This document shows positions 9,204 through 18,838 of a DNA stretch of 64,000 nt, piece after piece. Position numbers and translations under genes: made by a program. The DNA lies in the IMG/VR virus record IMGVR_UViG_3300020469_000008, positions 128,001 to 192,000 of that record. The stretch is one strand, 5' to 3'. Each line of letters starts with the position of its first letter. Position 1 is the stretch's first letter. The notes below the pieces were generated by a model. That model saw nothing but the letters and a program-made list of their open reading frames with translations. It was not told the origin of the DNA and searched no databases. Origin of the DNA: a virus. Lineage: Duplodnaviria > Caudoviricetes.

Positions 9204-9434
9204 TTGAAATACAGTAAAGGCGACTTAGTATTGTTGCGAGGAAGAGCGTTGTCTATGAGTGACAACGCTTTTTTTGTAGGTGTAATATTGTCTGAATCTG
9301 AAAAAAGGTATACAAAAGAATATGACGATTTGTGGAACACTAAAGAATTAATTTGGGAAAAAGTGTACAAAGTGCTAACACAGGGTAAAATTATTAATGT
9401 CACATATTATGATATTAAAGGAAAAGCACATTGA
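9204..9434 (+). CDS. SH3-like small protein (GDLV family)
   Basis: YSKGDLVLL...VGVIL...YKVL pattern. Confidence 0.55.
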   Translation: MKYSKGDLVLLRGRALSMSDNAFFVGVILSESEKRYTKEYDDLWNTKELIWEKVYKVLTQGKIINVTYYDIKGKAH

Positions 9435-9889
9435 AGGAAATTAAAAGACAACTAATTGACAATAAAAAAATTGTATGTGTGTCAGGTGGATTTGACCCGA
9501 TCCATATCGGACATGTAAGAATGATACTAGACGCAGCAAAGCTAGGGCATGTAATTGTTATTGCAAATTCAGACGAATGGCTAGTTCGCAAAAAAGGTTA
9601 TGTGTTCATGCCTTATGAAGAAAGGCAAGAAATTCTGTATGCGATCAAGGGTGTTGTTGATGTAGTTGAAGCGAAAGACGACAACGATACCGTGTGTGAA
9701 TCTCTACGTCATTTAAACCCCCATATCTTTGCAAATGGGGGCGATAGAGGTGATAGAAACACACCTGAGATGGATGTATGTAAAGAACTAGATATTCAAA
9801 TGGTTTGGGGGATGGGAGGCAATAACAAGCCCCAATCTTCATCCTGGTTAATTGATGCAATTAGAAACAAGGCGGAGAGCGAAAAATGA
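9431..9889 (+). CDS. Cytidylyltransferase-like nucleotidyltransferase
   Basis: VCVSGGFDPIHIGH (HIGH motif), NSDEWLVRKKG, FANGGDR, QSSSWL. Confidence 0.9.
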   Translation: MKEIKRQLIDNKKIVCVSGGFDPIHIGHVRMILDAAKLGHVIVIANSDEWLVRKKGYVFMPYEERQEILYAIKGVVDVVEAKDDNDTVCESLRHLNPHIFANGGDRGDRNTPEMDVCKELDIQMVWGMGGNNKPQSSSWLIDAIRNKAESEK

Positions 9890-10704
9890 AAAAAATTGTT
9901 TTATTTGATATGGACGGTACTTTAACACCTGCGCGTAAGGAAATGCCAGGTGAAATTGCAGAAAAATTATTTATTCTGCACAACTCAGGCTATGATATTG
10001 GGATTATTTCCGGATCAGGTTTAAATTACATAATGGAACAGTGTTGTATTCTATTTCAAATGTACGGTGCTAGACTGGATAATCTTAAAATATATCCTTG
10101 TAATGGCACGAAATATTACAAATGGAATAGTTTAAAATCAGAACCTGAAAGTCAGTATCAAAACAGTATTAGATCTGAGTTAGGCTCTGTTAAATTAAAA
10201 AAAGTGTTAAACGCACTGTTAAAATATCAAATTGATTTTATGAACAATTACGAATTTAGCGAACGATTTAATTACACTGGTACATTTGTCGATTACAGAG
10301 AGTCAATGATTAACTGGTGCCCTATCGGTAGAAATACAGGCTTTAGTGACCGTGCTGTCTTTGAAGATTTAGACTCATATTTCAAAATAAGAAATAAGTT
10401 TGCAAGGGTGCTTGGAAAAGATTCTACCTTTTCAGGTTTAGCAATTAGAGTCGGAGGCGCCACAAGTTTTGACATATACCCACACGGATGGGACAAGACA
10501 TTTCCGATGAATGGTAATAGCGTAAAAAGTGGAATGTCAGTATACGATGAAATATATTTTGCAGGTGACAAGTGTCAAGAAGGCGGCAATGATCACGAAC
10601 TGTACTTACACGTAAAACTTCTAAACGAAGAAAACGTGTTTGAGTCAAATGGACCAGGACATACGATCAACTTTATTAACGACTTAATTAATAGGACAAG
10701 ATGA
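9886..10704 (+). CDS. Eukaryotic-type phosphomannomutase (HAD IIB)
   Basis: LFDMDGTLTPAR, INWCPIGR, GGATSFDIYPHGWDKT, YFAGDKCQEGGNDHEL match PMM/Sec53 motifs. Confidence 0.85.
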   Translation: MKKIVLFDMDGTLTPARKEMPGEIAEKLFILHNSGYDIGIISGSGLNYIMEQCCILFQMYGARLDNLKIYPCNGTKYYKWNSLKSEPESQYQNSIRSELGSVKLKKVLNALLKYQIDFMNNYEFSERFNYTGTFVDYRESMINWCPIGRNTGFSDRAVFEDLDSYFKIRNKFARVLGKDSTFSGLAIRVGGATSFDIYPHGWDKTFPMNGNSVKSGMSVYDEIYFAGDKCQEGGNDHELYLHVKLLNEENVFESNGPGHTINFINDLINRTR

Positions 10705-11297
10705 ATATATTTATATTAGACGAACAGCCCCAAAAAGCTGCAGAATACCATTGCAATAAACACGTAGTTAAAATGATTCTAGAGGCAGGTCAAATGTTGT
10801 GTGCAGCGCACTGGATGAGTTGGCTAGATAAGTTTGACAAAACTCGATCAGACTTTAAGCTGATGCGGGACGTAAAAGAATATTTAAGAGTTAATGTACC
10901 TCTAGATAAACAACCACCCTGGGGTCTGACACATGTCAATCATCCTTGTACTATCTGGACCAGACAGTCTGCAGAAAACTATGGTTGGCATGTAGAGCTA
11001 ATGAGGTGTTTACTACGTGAGTACAATCTAAGGTATGACAAGATTCACAAATCTACTGCGGTTTATTATTGGCTAATTAAAAATAGTCCGGTTAGCTTTC
11101 CTGTTCAAGGTAAAACTCCATTTCCTATCTGCATGAAAGAAGAGTATAAAGTGGGTGATGATCCTATACAAAGCTATAGAAAGTATTATATTAAAGATAA
11201 GGTCAGGTTTGCAAAGTGGGAGCCTCGGGCAGAAACTCCTGACTGGTTTTTACAGGGAGTTAGAAATGAGTCAAGAAGAAATACAAAAGTTGGTTGA
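10701..11297 (+). CDS. Pyrimidine-dimer DNA glycosylase (DenV-related)
   Basis: MNIFILD...HCNKHVVKMILE..QMLC, HVNHPCTIW, YRKYYIKDK. Confidence 0.85.
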   Translation: MNIFILDEQPQKAAEYHCNKHVVKMILEAGQMLCAAHWMSWLDKFDKTRSDFKLMRDVKEYLRVNVPLDKQPPWGLTHVNHPCTIWTRQSAENYGWHVELMRCLLREYNLRYDKIHKSTAVYYWLIKNSPVSFPVQGKTPFPICMKEEYKVGDDPIQSYRKYYIKDKVRFAKWEPRAETPDWFLQGVRNESRRNTKVG

Positions 11298-11451
11298 AGT
11301 CCGGATGATGTTATTGCAAAGCTTTACTAAACATAAAGACTGGCGTAATAATAAAAATGCTATTATGCGAGAAATCGATCACATTGAGACTGTTGGTGAA
11401 GCAATTAAAAAAATAGACGTATTATTGTCCGGACATGTGACATTTTCGTAA
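11266..11451 (+). CDS. Small hypothetical protein
   Basis: Start moved to ATG 11266 after GGGAG. Confidence 0.55.
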   Translation: MSQEEIQKLVEVRMMLLQSFTKHKDWRNNKNAIMREIDHIETVGEAIKKIDVLLSGHVTFS

Positions 11452-11494
11452 AAAATAAAATATTTCCTATATTTAAAAATATGGGGGGTGTTTT

Positions 11495-13081
11495 ATGCTG
11501 TACATTCTATTTACTTTACTGTTATTCTCTTGTAACGATTATGGCGTCAACAAAGTAGTTCAAACTGATCCAGAATTAGTTGTCTACCCTGAATCAATTG
11601 ATTTTGGACATTTACTGTCCGGACATGAATCGGGGCTGGCAACTTTTGCTGTTATAAACGCAGGTGATGAGGAATTAATCATAAGTCAACCTGAACTAGT
11701 CACAAGTAACGACAAGTTTAGCCTAGATAGTGATTTAGAGGAAAACTATACAATCAGTCCGGGAGAAACCTTAGAGTTTGTTGTTTATTACGAACCGAAA
11801 ACTTTTGAAAGTAATACCGGGCTGATTCGATTCGTGACAAACGACGAAGATGAAAATCAATATGAATTACCAGTATCAGGTTTCGGTGATGCACCAGTCA
11901 TGACAGTGACACCAGAGACATTTGATTATGGTCAAATAAGTATAGGATGTGATAATGAAGAAAGAATCACCATCCGCAACGATGGAAACATATCGTTAAC
12001 CATAGAAAATATCACACAAATGGTAACACAACCTCAAGATATTATCATGGAAATGGGTAGTTTACCAGCACCGCCATGGGAATTATTGCCCGGTCAAGAA
12101 GTTGATTTTTTGGTTTCTTACATTCCAGTTGACATTAGTTATGACGAAAGTATTATTCGTATCGAAGGTAATGATCCCGTACTTCCTGTTAAGGAGGTAA
12201 TACAGTATGGCGATGGTGATGTCGAACATTGGTATACACAAACGCACGTGCAAGAAGAAATAGCATTGCTCGACGTCATATTCGTAGTGGACAATTCCGG
12301 GTCAATGAATGTATTCCAGCAAGAGTTAGGCAATCAAATGAGTTCATTCATGTATGTTTTTAATGCATCAGGAGCAGATTATCACCTTGCAGCGATTACA
12401 ACAGATGAAGCTCGATTTATTTATTTTGATGGGCTAACTTGGATTGACAAATCACACCCACATCCAATTGCTTGGATGCAGAATGTTATTTCATCTATCA
12501 GTACTACAGGAAGTGGCATGGAAAAAGGTATTGAAATGGCAAAGTACGCACTGGAAGGAGATGGCGCACCAGGTAATGGTTTTTATCGTGAAGACGCAAC
12601 CATGGTCATAATATACGTATCTGATGAACCAGATCATTCGAGCGGTGGGTATGGTTCATATACATCTTTTTTTGATGGTTTTAAGGCATCGCCTGACTTA
12701 ATGAGACAATTTGCTGTAATTGGTGATTATCCATCCGGATGTCAGTTTCCTTGGATGTCTTCACACAGAAATGTATTCTTTGGATCAGGCTATTATCATA
12801 TGACTCAAAGGTACAACGGTGATTGGTATTCAATATGTGCCACAGACTGGGGTCAACAAATGCAAAACTTAGCAACTACTGTCACAACACGTAAAATATT
12901 TCCACTCGATGCACACGATCCAATTGAACAAACAATTTCTGTCTCAGTAAATGGCCAATTAACAAATAACTGGGTGTATGATGTAGGAATTAACGCTGTT
13001 ATTTTTGATGATCATTCTGTCCCGGAGCCAAATCAGACTATTACGATTGAATATGCAGTTTGGGGATGTGGCGATGAGTAG
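11495..13081 (+). CDS. Lipoprotein with two Ig-like (ASH/choice-of-anchor D) domains and a vWA domain
   Basis: Signal ending LLFSC; two P..IDFG...I.N.G...L.I repeats; DVIFVVDNSGSM MIDAS; VSDEPD. Confidence 0.8.
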   Translation: MLYILFTLLLFSCNDYGVNKVVQTDPELVVYPESIDFGHLLSGHESGLATFAVINAGDEELIISQPELVTSNDKFSLDSDLEENYTISPGETLEFVVYYEPKTFESNTGLIRFVTNDEDENQYELPVSGFGDAPVMTVTPETFDYGQISIGCDNEERITIRNDGNISLTIENITQMVTQPQDIIMEMGSLPAPPWELLPGQEVDFLVSYIPVDISYDESIIRIEGNDPVLPVKEVIQYGDGDVEHWYTQTHVQEEIALLDVIFVVDNSGSMNVFQQELGNQMSSFMYVFNASGADYHLAAITTDEARFIYFDGLTWIDKSHPHPIAWMQNVISSISTTGSGMEKGIEMAKYALEGDGAPGNGFYREDATMVIIYVSDEPDHSSGGYGSYTSFFDGFKASPDLMRQFAVIGDYPSGCQFPWMSSHRNVFFGSGYYHMTQRYNGDWYSICATDWGQQMQNLATTVTTRKIFPLDAHDPIEQTISVSVNGQLTNNWVYDVGINAVIFDDHSVPEPNQTITIEYAVWGCGDE

Positions 13082-13580
13082 AAATTTAAAACTTTTTCTT
13101 ACATTAATTTTTGGTTTTTGCTTAGGTTTGACGATAAAACGTGTTTATGAAGCTAATGTTTTCCACGCGTGGGTGTGGCCAGAACCGCCTATCGTAATAA
13201 ATTGTTATGGCAAAGTCTTACCTGAAATTGTTGTGGTTCGGGCAATTGATTATTGGACAATAAGGGGGTTTCCTATCTCTTTTTACGAAATGAATCCATC
13301 AAAAGAAACGTGTGCGAATGATTCTATAGAAGGTTTTATAATCATAAGGAGAGACCCAAGCTTAGAAAATATAAATGTTTTAGGCCAGACTGCAAGACAT
13401 ACGCAATTAAAGTGGATGAGAAGTGCTGTTATTAGTTTGAGACCTGGATCATATAATCTAGATTTATTATTAGAGCATGAGCTAGGACATGCACTAGGTT
13501 TAGGACATGTAGAAGTAGAAGGTCACATTATGCACCCGATGTACATGCAGATTGGTAGTAAGTTTTGGATACCAAAATAA
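13074..13580 (+). CDS. Matrixin-like zinc metallopeptidase
   Basis: HELGHALGLGH plus Met-turn HIMHP; N-terminal hydrophobic anchor; start moved to 13074. Confidence 0.88.
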   Translation: MSRNLKLFLTLIFGFCLGLTIKRVYEANVFHAWVWPEPPIVINCYGKVLPEIVVVRAIDYWTIRGFPISFYEMNPSKETCANDSIEGFIIIRRDPSLENINVLGQTARHTQLKWMRSAVISLRPGSYNLDLLLEHELGHALGLGHVEVEGHIMHPMYMQIGSKFWIPK

Positions 13581-13588
13581 TTTGATAT

Positions 13589-15676
13589 TTAAAGTTTGTT
13601 GATTGTCAAATAGGTTAAATGTAATCCTGAATTGATTGTAGTTCCCGATTCAGCTCCCCCAATATTGCGAAAGTTTATCTTAACTTTATCATTTTTCTCT
13701 AGATGCGCAACCCTATCTAGTTTATGCATGTGGGCTGAATTTTCTGCCGATCCACCCGGGAAGTAATTTCTAAATGCAATTCCGCCATTGTTTTGAGCAT
13801 AACTACAAGACGAAGATACCCAAAGCTGATACTGTGAAGTACCAGTATTGATACTTTGCTGGTATGCAGAAACGTTGATATTGTAAAAACCTTCTTCAGA
13901 TGCTGTAAATGTATATGTTCCTGTGTCAAATTCACCTGAACCGAATGTATCTTTAAGGACATTGTTAAAAGGTATAGCTTGGAATTCGTTAGTACCTGTG
14001 GGACTATAAGCAAAATCGCTTGACATGTGGACCATAAGAACTTTTGGTGTTATGTTTGCCGTTAAAGATCCAGATATAACTACATCACCAGTAAATACTG
14101 AGGTACCTCTAGTTGTTGTACCTCTTGATCCAATAGCCCCTGAAAAAATTTGTATTGCATCCAGCTGTGGTTCTATTACTGAACTTGCAGTTGGAGTAAA
14201 AACCTGAACTAGTTCATTGTTACCGTCAGCGCCTGCAAACTTTACCTGCTCATCAAATCTTAAATCAATCCTATTATCACCATCAATAGTTAGAACTTGT
14301 GTATTACCTTTAATCCATGGGCCGTTTGCTAGTCCAGTTCCGTCAAAAAATATTGAATCAGTGCCATCGCCATCACCACTGATTATAATATTGCCGTGAA
14401 GTCGCGCGTTACCACTGACAACTAAATCACCGCCAAAAACAGCCGTACCTGCTGTAGAAGATCCTCGTGAACCTATGGAGCCAGAGACAAAAAAGTTAGT
14501 GTCTGTAGCATTCTTAACGTTGGGACTAGTTCCGGCGCCGCCAGACATTATTAAAACCTGGTCTATTGAACCTTCACTCATTTTGATCATTGATCTGCCA
14601 CCGGCTTCAAAAGATATCTCATCAGCATCAAACGAAATACTAGTATCAGAATCACCAATGTGATGAATCTTATGTGCGATCGCCAGGTCGCTGTCTGTGT
14701 TACTGCTAGAAACTGTAAGCGTTGCTGCGGGTAACGAAGTCACCTTGCCAATCCCTACTCTACCGTCACCTCTCACGCGTAACACCGTTGTCGATGCAGA
14801 CTCAACATCAAAGAGGTTTGTTCCAGAGCCTGTTCCGTCACTGGTAACTTTTAATCCGTGACCTGATGTACCCTGGTCGTTATCAATAATCGCAGCATAA
14901 TCAGAGATATTTGCATATACGCCTAATGCTCCAGTTACTGTTAAAACACTTCCATCAAAATTAAGATTTGCTTCACCGTTTAATGTATCAGACGATGAAA
15001 AAGTTGCAATTCTATTATTAGCACCATTTGTGACACCAGAAACAGAACCGCCTCCACCACCGCCTGACTGATTAACAAAGCTTAAAACACCGTTACCGTC
15101 TGTCTTTATAACTTGATTTGCGGATCCATCTGTTGTGGGAAAGCTAAGACCATTAGCAGTCAGACTACCAGATATCACAACATTACCACCAAACACAGAT
15201 TGACCTTTCCCGTCTTTCGAACCAGAAACAAAAACGTTGGTATCTGAACCAAGACCACTTGGAGTTGCAGTATTTGAATTAATTAAGATATAATCATCTG
15301 CAGCGTCAGTAAATAATTGATGTGTGTTACTGTTAGATTCTATTCTAAAGTCAACATCATTAGAACCTTCATTTATAACAACAGAATCTTGTGATGCATT
15401 TTCATCACAAGAAACCATAAACACACCACCAACAACTAAATCAATACCATCAGAAGCATTAAATCTTATTGACGTGTCAGTATTGCCTGAGCTAATAGTT
15501 CTACCAGTACCCGCTGCATCAGCACCAATGCTAATATTATTGCAAGTAATGTCACCTAATATGCTTGTACTGCCTGTTACGACAAGTGAATGTGTGTCAA
15601 TACCAGCTGATCCGGATACAATGACGCCTTCACCAAACCGCATTGTTGCTGTTCCCATATTTTTTATCTTTGCCAT
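13589..15676 (-). CDS. Tail-fibre-like protein with C-terminal C1q-like domain
   Basis: G/S/T-rich beta repeats (FVSGS...VFGGD/NVVISGSL three times); IPFNNV...FDTGTYTFTA..EGFYNI C1q-like end. Confidence 0.65.
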   Translation of the reverse strand: MAKIKNMGTATMRFGEGVIVSGSAGIDTHSLVVTGSTSILGDITCNNISIGADAAGTGRTISSGNTDTSIRFNASDGIDLVVGGVFMVSCDENASQDSVVINEGSNDVDFRIESNSNTHQLFTDAADDYILINSNTATPSGLGSDTNVFVSGSKDGKGQSVFGGNVVISGSLTANGLSFPTTDGSANQVIKTDGNGVLSFVNQSGGGGGGSVSGVTNGANNRIATFSSSDTLNGEANLNFDGSVLTVTGALGVYANISDYAAIIDNDQGTSGHGLKVTSDGTGSGTNLFDVESASTTVLRVRGDGRVGIGKVTSLPAATLTVSSSNTDSDLAIAHKIHHIGDSDTSISFDADEISFEAGGRSMIKMSEGSIDQVLIMSGGAGTSPNVKNATDTNFFVSGSIGSRGSSTAGTAVFGGDLVVSGNARLHGNIIISGDGDGTDSIFFDGTGLANGPWIKGNTQVLTIDGDNRIDLRFDEQVKFAGADGNNELVQVFTPTASSVIEPQLDAIQIFSGAIGSRGTTTRGTSVFTGDVVISGSLTANITPKVLMVHMSSDFAYSPTGTNEFQAIPFNNVLKDTFGSGEFDTGTYTFTASEEGFYNINVSAYQQSINTGTSQYQLWVSSSCSYAQNNGGIAFRNYFPGGSAENSAHMHKLDRVAHLEKNDKVKINFRNIGGAESGTTINSGLHLTYLTINKL

Positions 15677-15730
15677 TTTTACCTCAAATTAGTTTTTCAA
15701 ATATAATTATAAATTAGAGGAGGTTAATGT

Positions 15731-16255
15731 ATGGCAAAATATATAATCGATCAAACGCACAGTGACATTTCATTTAAAGTAAAGTACATGATGATATCTT
15801 CTGTTGAAGGATGTTTTAATAATTATGAGGCATCTTTAATCTCCAGCAAAGAAGATTTGAGTGATGCTGCATTTGAGTGTGAAATAGATGTATCTAGTTT
15901 GTATACGGGAAATGTAGACAGAGATACACACTTAATATCATCAGAATTTTTAAGTTCTGAAAGTTTCCCAGCAGTGATCTTTAAATCTACAAATACAAAA
16001 ATAGTTGATGGTGAGTATATTGTAGACGGATCATTACAAATTAAAGAACACTCTAGGTCAGCAACTTTACGAGGCAAGTACCTAGGTGTTGTTGTGGATT
16101 CTTGTGGTCAAGAAAAATATTGTTTTGAATTAAAAGGATCAATAAAAAGATTTAGTTGGTTTTTAGATTTTGTTATAACTAGCAGTAAAACTGTTTTAGT
16201 TGACAATAACATAGAGTTGAATTTAGATTTACAGTTTTTAAAAGCGGAAGATTAA
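15731..16255 (+). CDS. yceI: YceI-family lipid/polyisoprenoid-binding protein
   Basis: IDQTHSDISFKVKYMMISSVEG.F, SLYTGNVDRDTHL.S.EF, FPAVIFKST. Confidence 0.88.
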   Translation: MAKYIIDQTHSDISFKVKYMMISSVEGCFNNYEASLISSKEDLSDAAFECEIDVSSLYTGNVDRDTHLISSEFLSSESFPAVIFKSTNTKIVDGEYIVDGSLQIKEHSRSATLRGKYLGVVVDSCGQEKYCFELKGSIKRFSWFLDFVITSSKTVLVDNNIELNLDLQFLKAED

Positions 16256-17493
16256 TGAGATTAAAAACAAGAACGAAGGTCGCTTTCTTACTTGCAGCCA
16301 TTGCATCACTTGTGTTTATGATATCACAAGTATTTATGTATCTGGATATTATTCATTTCTCATACAATATACCTCTATTCAACATTCTGTTATTTGCAAT
16401 TTACATGCCGTCATCTGCAATTTTTGGTTGGGACATGTACATCAAGTATCGTGATGAGAATCAAATGATTAAAGATAAACTAGCAGCAATTAACAATTCT
16501 AATATTGTTGTAATTTATGATAGTAAAGGAAATATTGTGCGTGCAAATGACAATTTCTGTCGTGTTGTCGGTTATACACAAGAAGAGATTATCGGTTTAC
16601 ATCATATGCTTTTTGTTCCTAATGATTTTGTGAGAAATAAAAAGTACAGAGATTTTTGGAGCAAGCTAAGAACGGGAAAGAGTGTTAAAAGAAAATTTAA
16701 GAGAATCAATAAAATCGGAGAAGTAATTTGGTTATACGGTTCTTATAATCCTATTAAAAGTGGAAGTGGTGCTGTTTATCAAATCATTAATGTGTGTAGC
16801 GATGTAACTGGTGAACACAACGCTCAACTAGAATTAAATAATAAAAACACTTATTTAGAACATGCAGCAAAAATTCTACGTCACGATATGCACAGTGGTA
16901 TTAATACATACATTCCAAGAGGTATTAAAAGCTTAGAACGTAGAATTAAACCAGAGCAAGTAAAAGAAATGAAGATCGAATCTTCACTTCGCCTAATTAA
17001 AGATGGATTAGATCACGCACAACGTGTTTATCGTGGTGTGTATGAATTTACAAATTTAGTAAAGGAAAATGCTGTATTAGAAAAAAATGAGCATGATTTA
17101 GGTGTGATACTAAAAGATTATTTAAAAAAGACAGCATACGCGGATCAAGTAATAATTGAAGATTTACCCACAATGTTAGTGAACGAAGCACTTTTCTGCA
17201 CAGGAATCGATAACTTGATTAGAAATGGTTTGAAATATAATGATTCTAAAACCAAATTCGTAAAAGTCAGAATGCAAGGGGAAAAACACTTGGTAGTAAT
17301 TGATAATGGTCGAGGTATGTCACAGAAAGATTTTGAAAAATTAAGTCAACCATATCAAAGGAAAGAAGGTCAAAAAGAAAAGGGCACTGGACTGGGATTA
17401 AACATTTCTGTCGCCATATTTAAAGAACATGGGTTTCACATGACTGTTGAGAAACTAGACGTAGGTACGATGATCAAGGTAAAGATACGATGA
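16255..17493 (+). CDS. Membrane-anchored PAS sensor histidine kinase
   Basis: Two N-terminal TM segments; PAS (ANDNFCRVVGYTQEEIIG, RINKIGEVIWL); H-box ILRHD; NLIRNGLKYN, DNGRG, GTGLGL. Confidence 0.93.
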   Translation: MRLKTRTKVAFLLAAIASLVFMISQVFMYLDIIHFSYNIPLFNILLFAIYMPSSAIFGWDMYIKYRDENQMIKDKLAAINNSNIVVIYDSKGNIVRANDNFCRVVGYTQEEIIGLHHMLFVPNDFVRNKKYRDFWSKLRTGKSVKRKFKRINKIGEVIWLYGSYNPIKSGSGAVYQIINVCSDVTGEHNAQLELNNKNTYLEHAAKILRHDMHSGINTYIPRGIKSLERRIKPEQVKEMKIESSLRLIKDGLDHAQRVYRGVYEFTNLVKENAVLEKNEHDLGVILKDYLKKTAYADQVIIEDLPTMLVNEALFCTGIDNLIRNGLKYNDSKTKFVKVRMQGEKHLVVIDNGRGMSQKDFEKLSQPYQRKEGQKEKGTGLGLNISVAIFKEHGFHMTVEKLDVGTMIKVKIR

Positions 17494-17921
17494 TTAATTC
17501 TATTTTATTAGTTGATGATGAAAATTTGTTTCATCTCGTTTTTGAAGATGCATGTAGTTTGTTAGACATAACATTAGATCTACAAAGCATTGCATCCTCT
17601 GATGAAGCAGCTCGATTATTTGAGCAATGGACATCAGATCCTAGGGGAAAGCCTGAATGTGTTTTTGTTGATCTAAACATTATTGGTTCTTCTTTTAACG
17701 GTATCGAATTAATTCAAAAGATTAATTACGAGTACGGAAACGGAGTTGTTGTTGGAATTATAAGCTCATCAGCAGATCAAGAAGAGATTGATCGGAGCTT
17801 GCACGCCGGAGCACAGTTTTGGATTGTCAAATCAGATGACATTGAACCTAGACTAGAATCTTTTAAAGAAGATTACGAAGGATATAAAAATCGTACATCT
17901 CCTTTTAAAGTATATAAGTAA
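17490..17921 (+). CDS. Single-domain response regulator
   Basis: ILLVDDE, VFVDLNI, ISSS, FWIVK; ATGA overlap with the kinase. Confidence 0.9.
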   Translation: MINSILLVDDENLFHLVFEDACSLLDITLDLQSIASSDEAARLFEQWTSDPRGKPECVFVDLNIIGSSFNGIELIQKINYEYGNGVVVGIISSSADQEEIDRSLHAGAQFWIVKSDDIEPRLESFKEDYEGYKNRTSPFKVYK

Positions 17922-18478
17922 TGATTATTCTTAGTGAAGAAGATAAAAAACAATTAATTGATATTGGTCAATCACGTAATGTTTATCTAGAAGGTAATAT
18001 TATAAAATTAATCGATCCTCAAGCTGACGAATTGTTTAAAAAGTATCTTGTTGACGCTAAAATTCAAGATCGAGAGAACAGAAAAAAGCGTCTCGAAGTT
18101 ACTAAGCAAGTTCAAATACAAAATAGAGAGTTAATTGCTTCACAGGAAGAAAACGAAAAACTTCTTTTAGACTTAAAAGAAGCTGTTAAAAAAGCAGATG
18201 AAGCAAAAGATGCAGCATTAAATGATTTAGACCTGATGCAAAAGAAAACCCAGTTTGAACTAATCGGAAAAATTGTTCAGGTTGCATTGTGGATCATTAT
18301 TGGCGTTGGAGTTTTCACGACAGTTTTGTTTATGTTTTCAATGTATACAGGTATAGACACTACTTTGATTGGTAATACTTGGAGTAACCTGTTTGGAATA
18401 TTACTCACAAATTCTTTTAGTATTATTGGTACAATAATGGGTGTAAAGTATGCTAGTGAAAGTAATAAAGAAAACTAG
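17921..18478 (+). CDS. Coiled-coil protein with two C-terminal TM helices
   Basis: TAATG-coupled to the regulator; heptad region followed by two hydrophobic segments. Confidence 0.7.
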   Translation: MIILSEEDKKQLIDIGQSRNVYLEGNIIKLIDPQADELFKKYLVDAKIQDRENRKKRLEVTKQVQIQNRELIASQEENEKLLLDLKEAVKKADEAKDAALNDLDLMQKKTQFELIGKIVQVALWIIIGVGVFTTVLFMFSMYTGIDTTLIGNTWSNLFGILLTNSFSIIGTIMGVKYASESNKEN

Positions 18479-18777
18479 TTTTCCCACCACACATTTGCAA
18501 CGTCCCAATCAATCATTTCACTTAGCCAATTAGGAAATGAACCTGTACAATCAAAATCAAACCACTCGCCCTTGCAAGATTGTTTATAGGGCTTCAAAGA
18601 TTTAAGCAGGGATCTTTCTAAATCACCCCTACCATTTACTATGGTGAGCAACTTAAGTTTATATGGAGATCCAGTTTGAAGCTGTCGCAACCTATTTTGG
18701 GGATTTTTACTCATACCAATTTTAATTGCGCCCGTGACGTCAGATTGTATTACATAAAGGTGTTTATTCATATACAT
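18475..18777 (-). CDS. GIY-YIG nuclease (T5orf172/MUG113-like)
   Basis: LYVIQ...AIKIGMSKNPQNRLRQLQTGSP, GEWF. Confidence 0.85.
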   Translation of the reverse strand: MYMNKHLYVIQSDVTGAIKIGMSKNPQNRLRQLQTGSPYKLKLLTIVNGRGDLERSLLKSLKPYKQSCKGEWFDFDCTGSFPNWLSEMIDWDVANVWWEN

Positions 18778-18838
18778 AATTTTATATAGTTATTTACTCT
18801 AATAAACAATAATTATAAAATATGTGCGAGGTACATTG

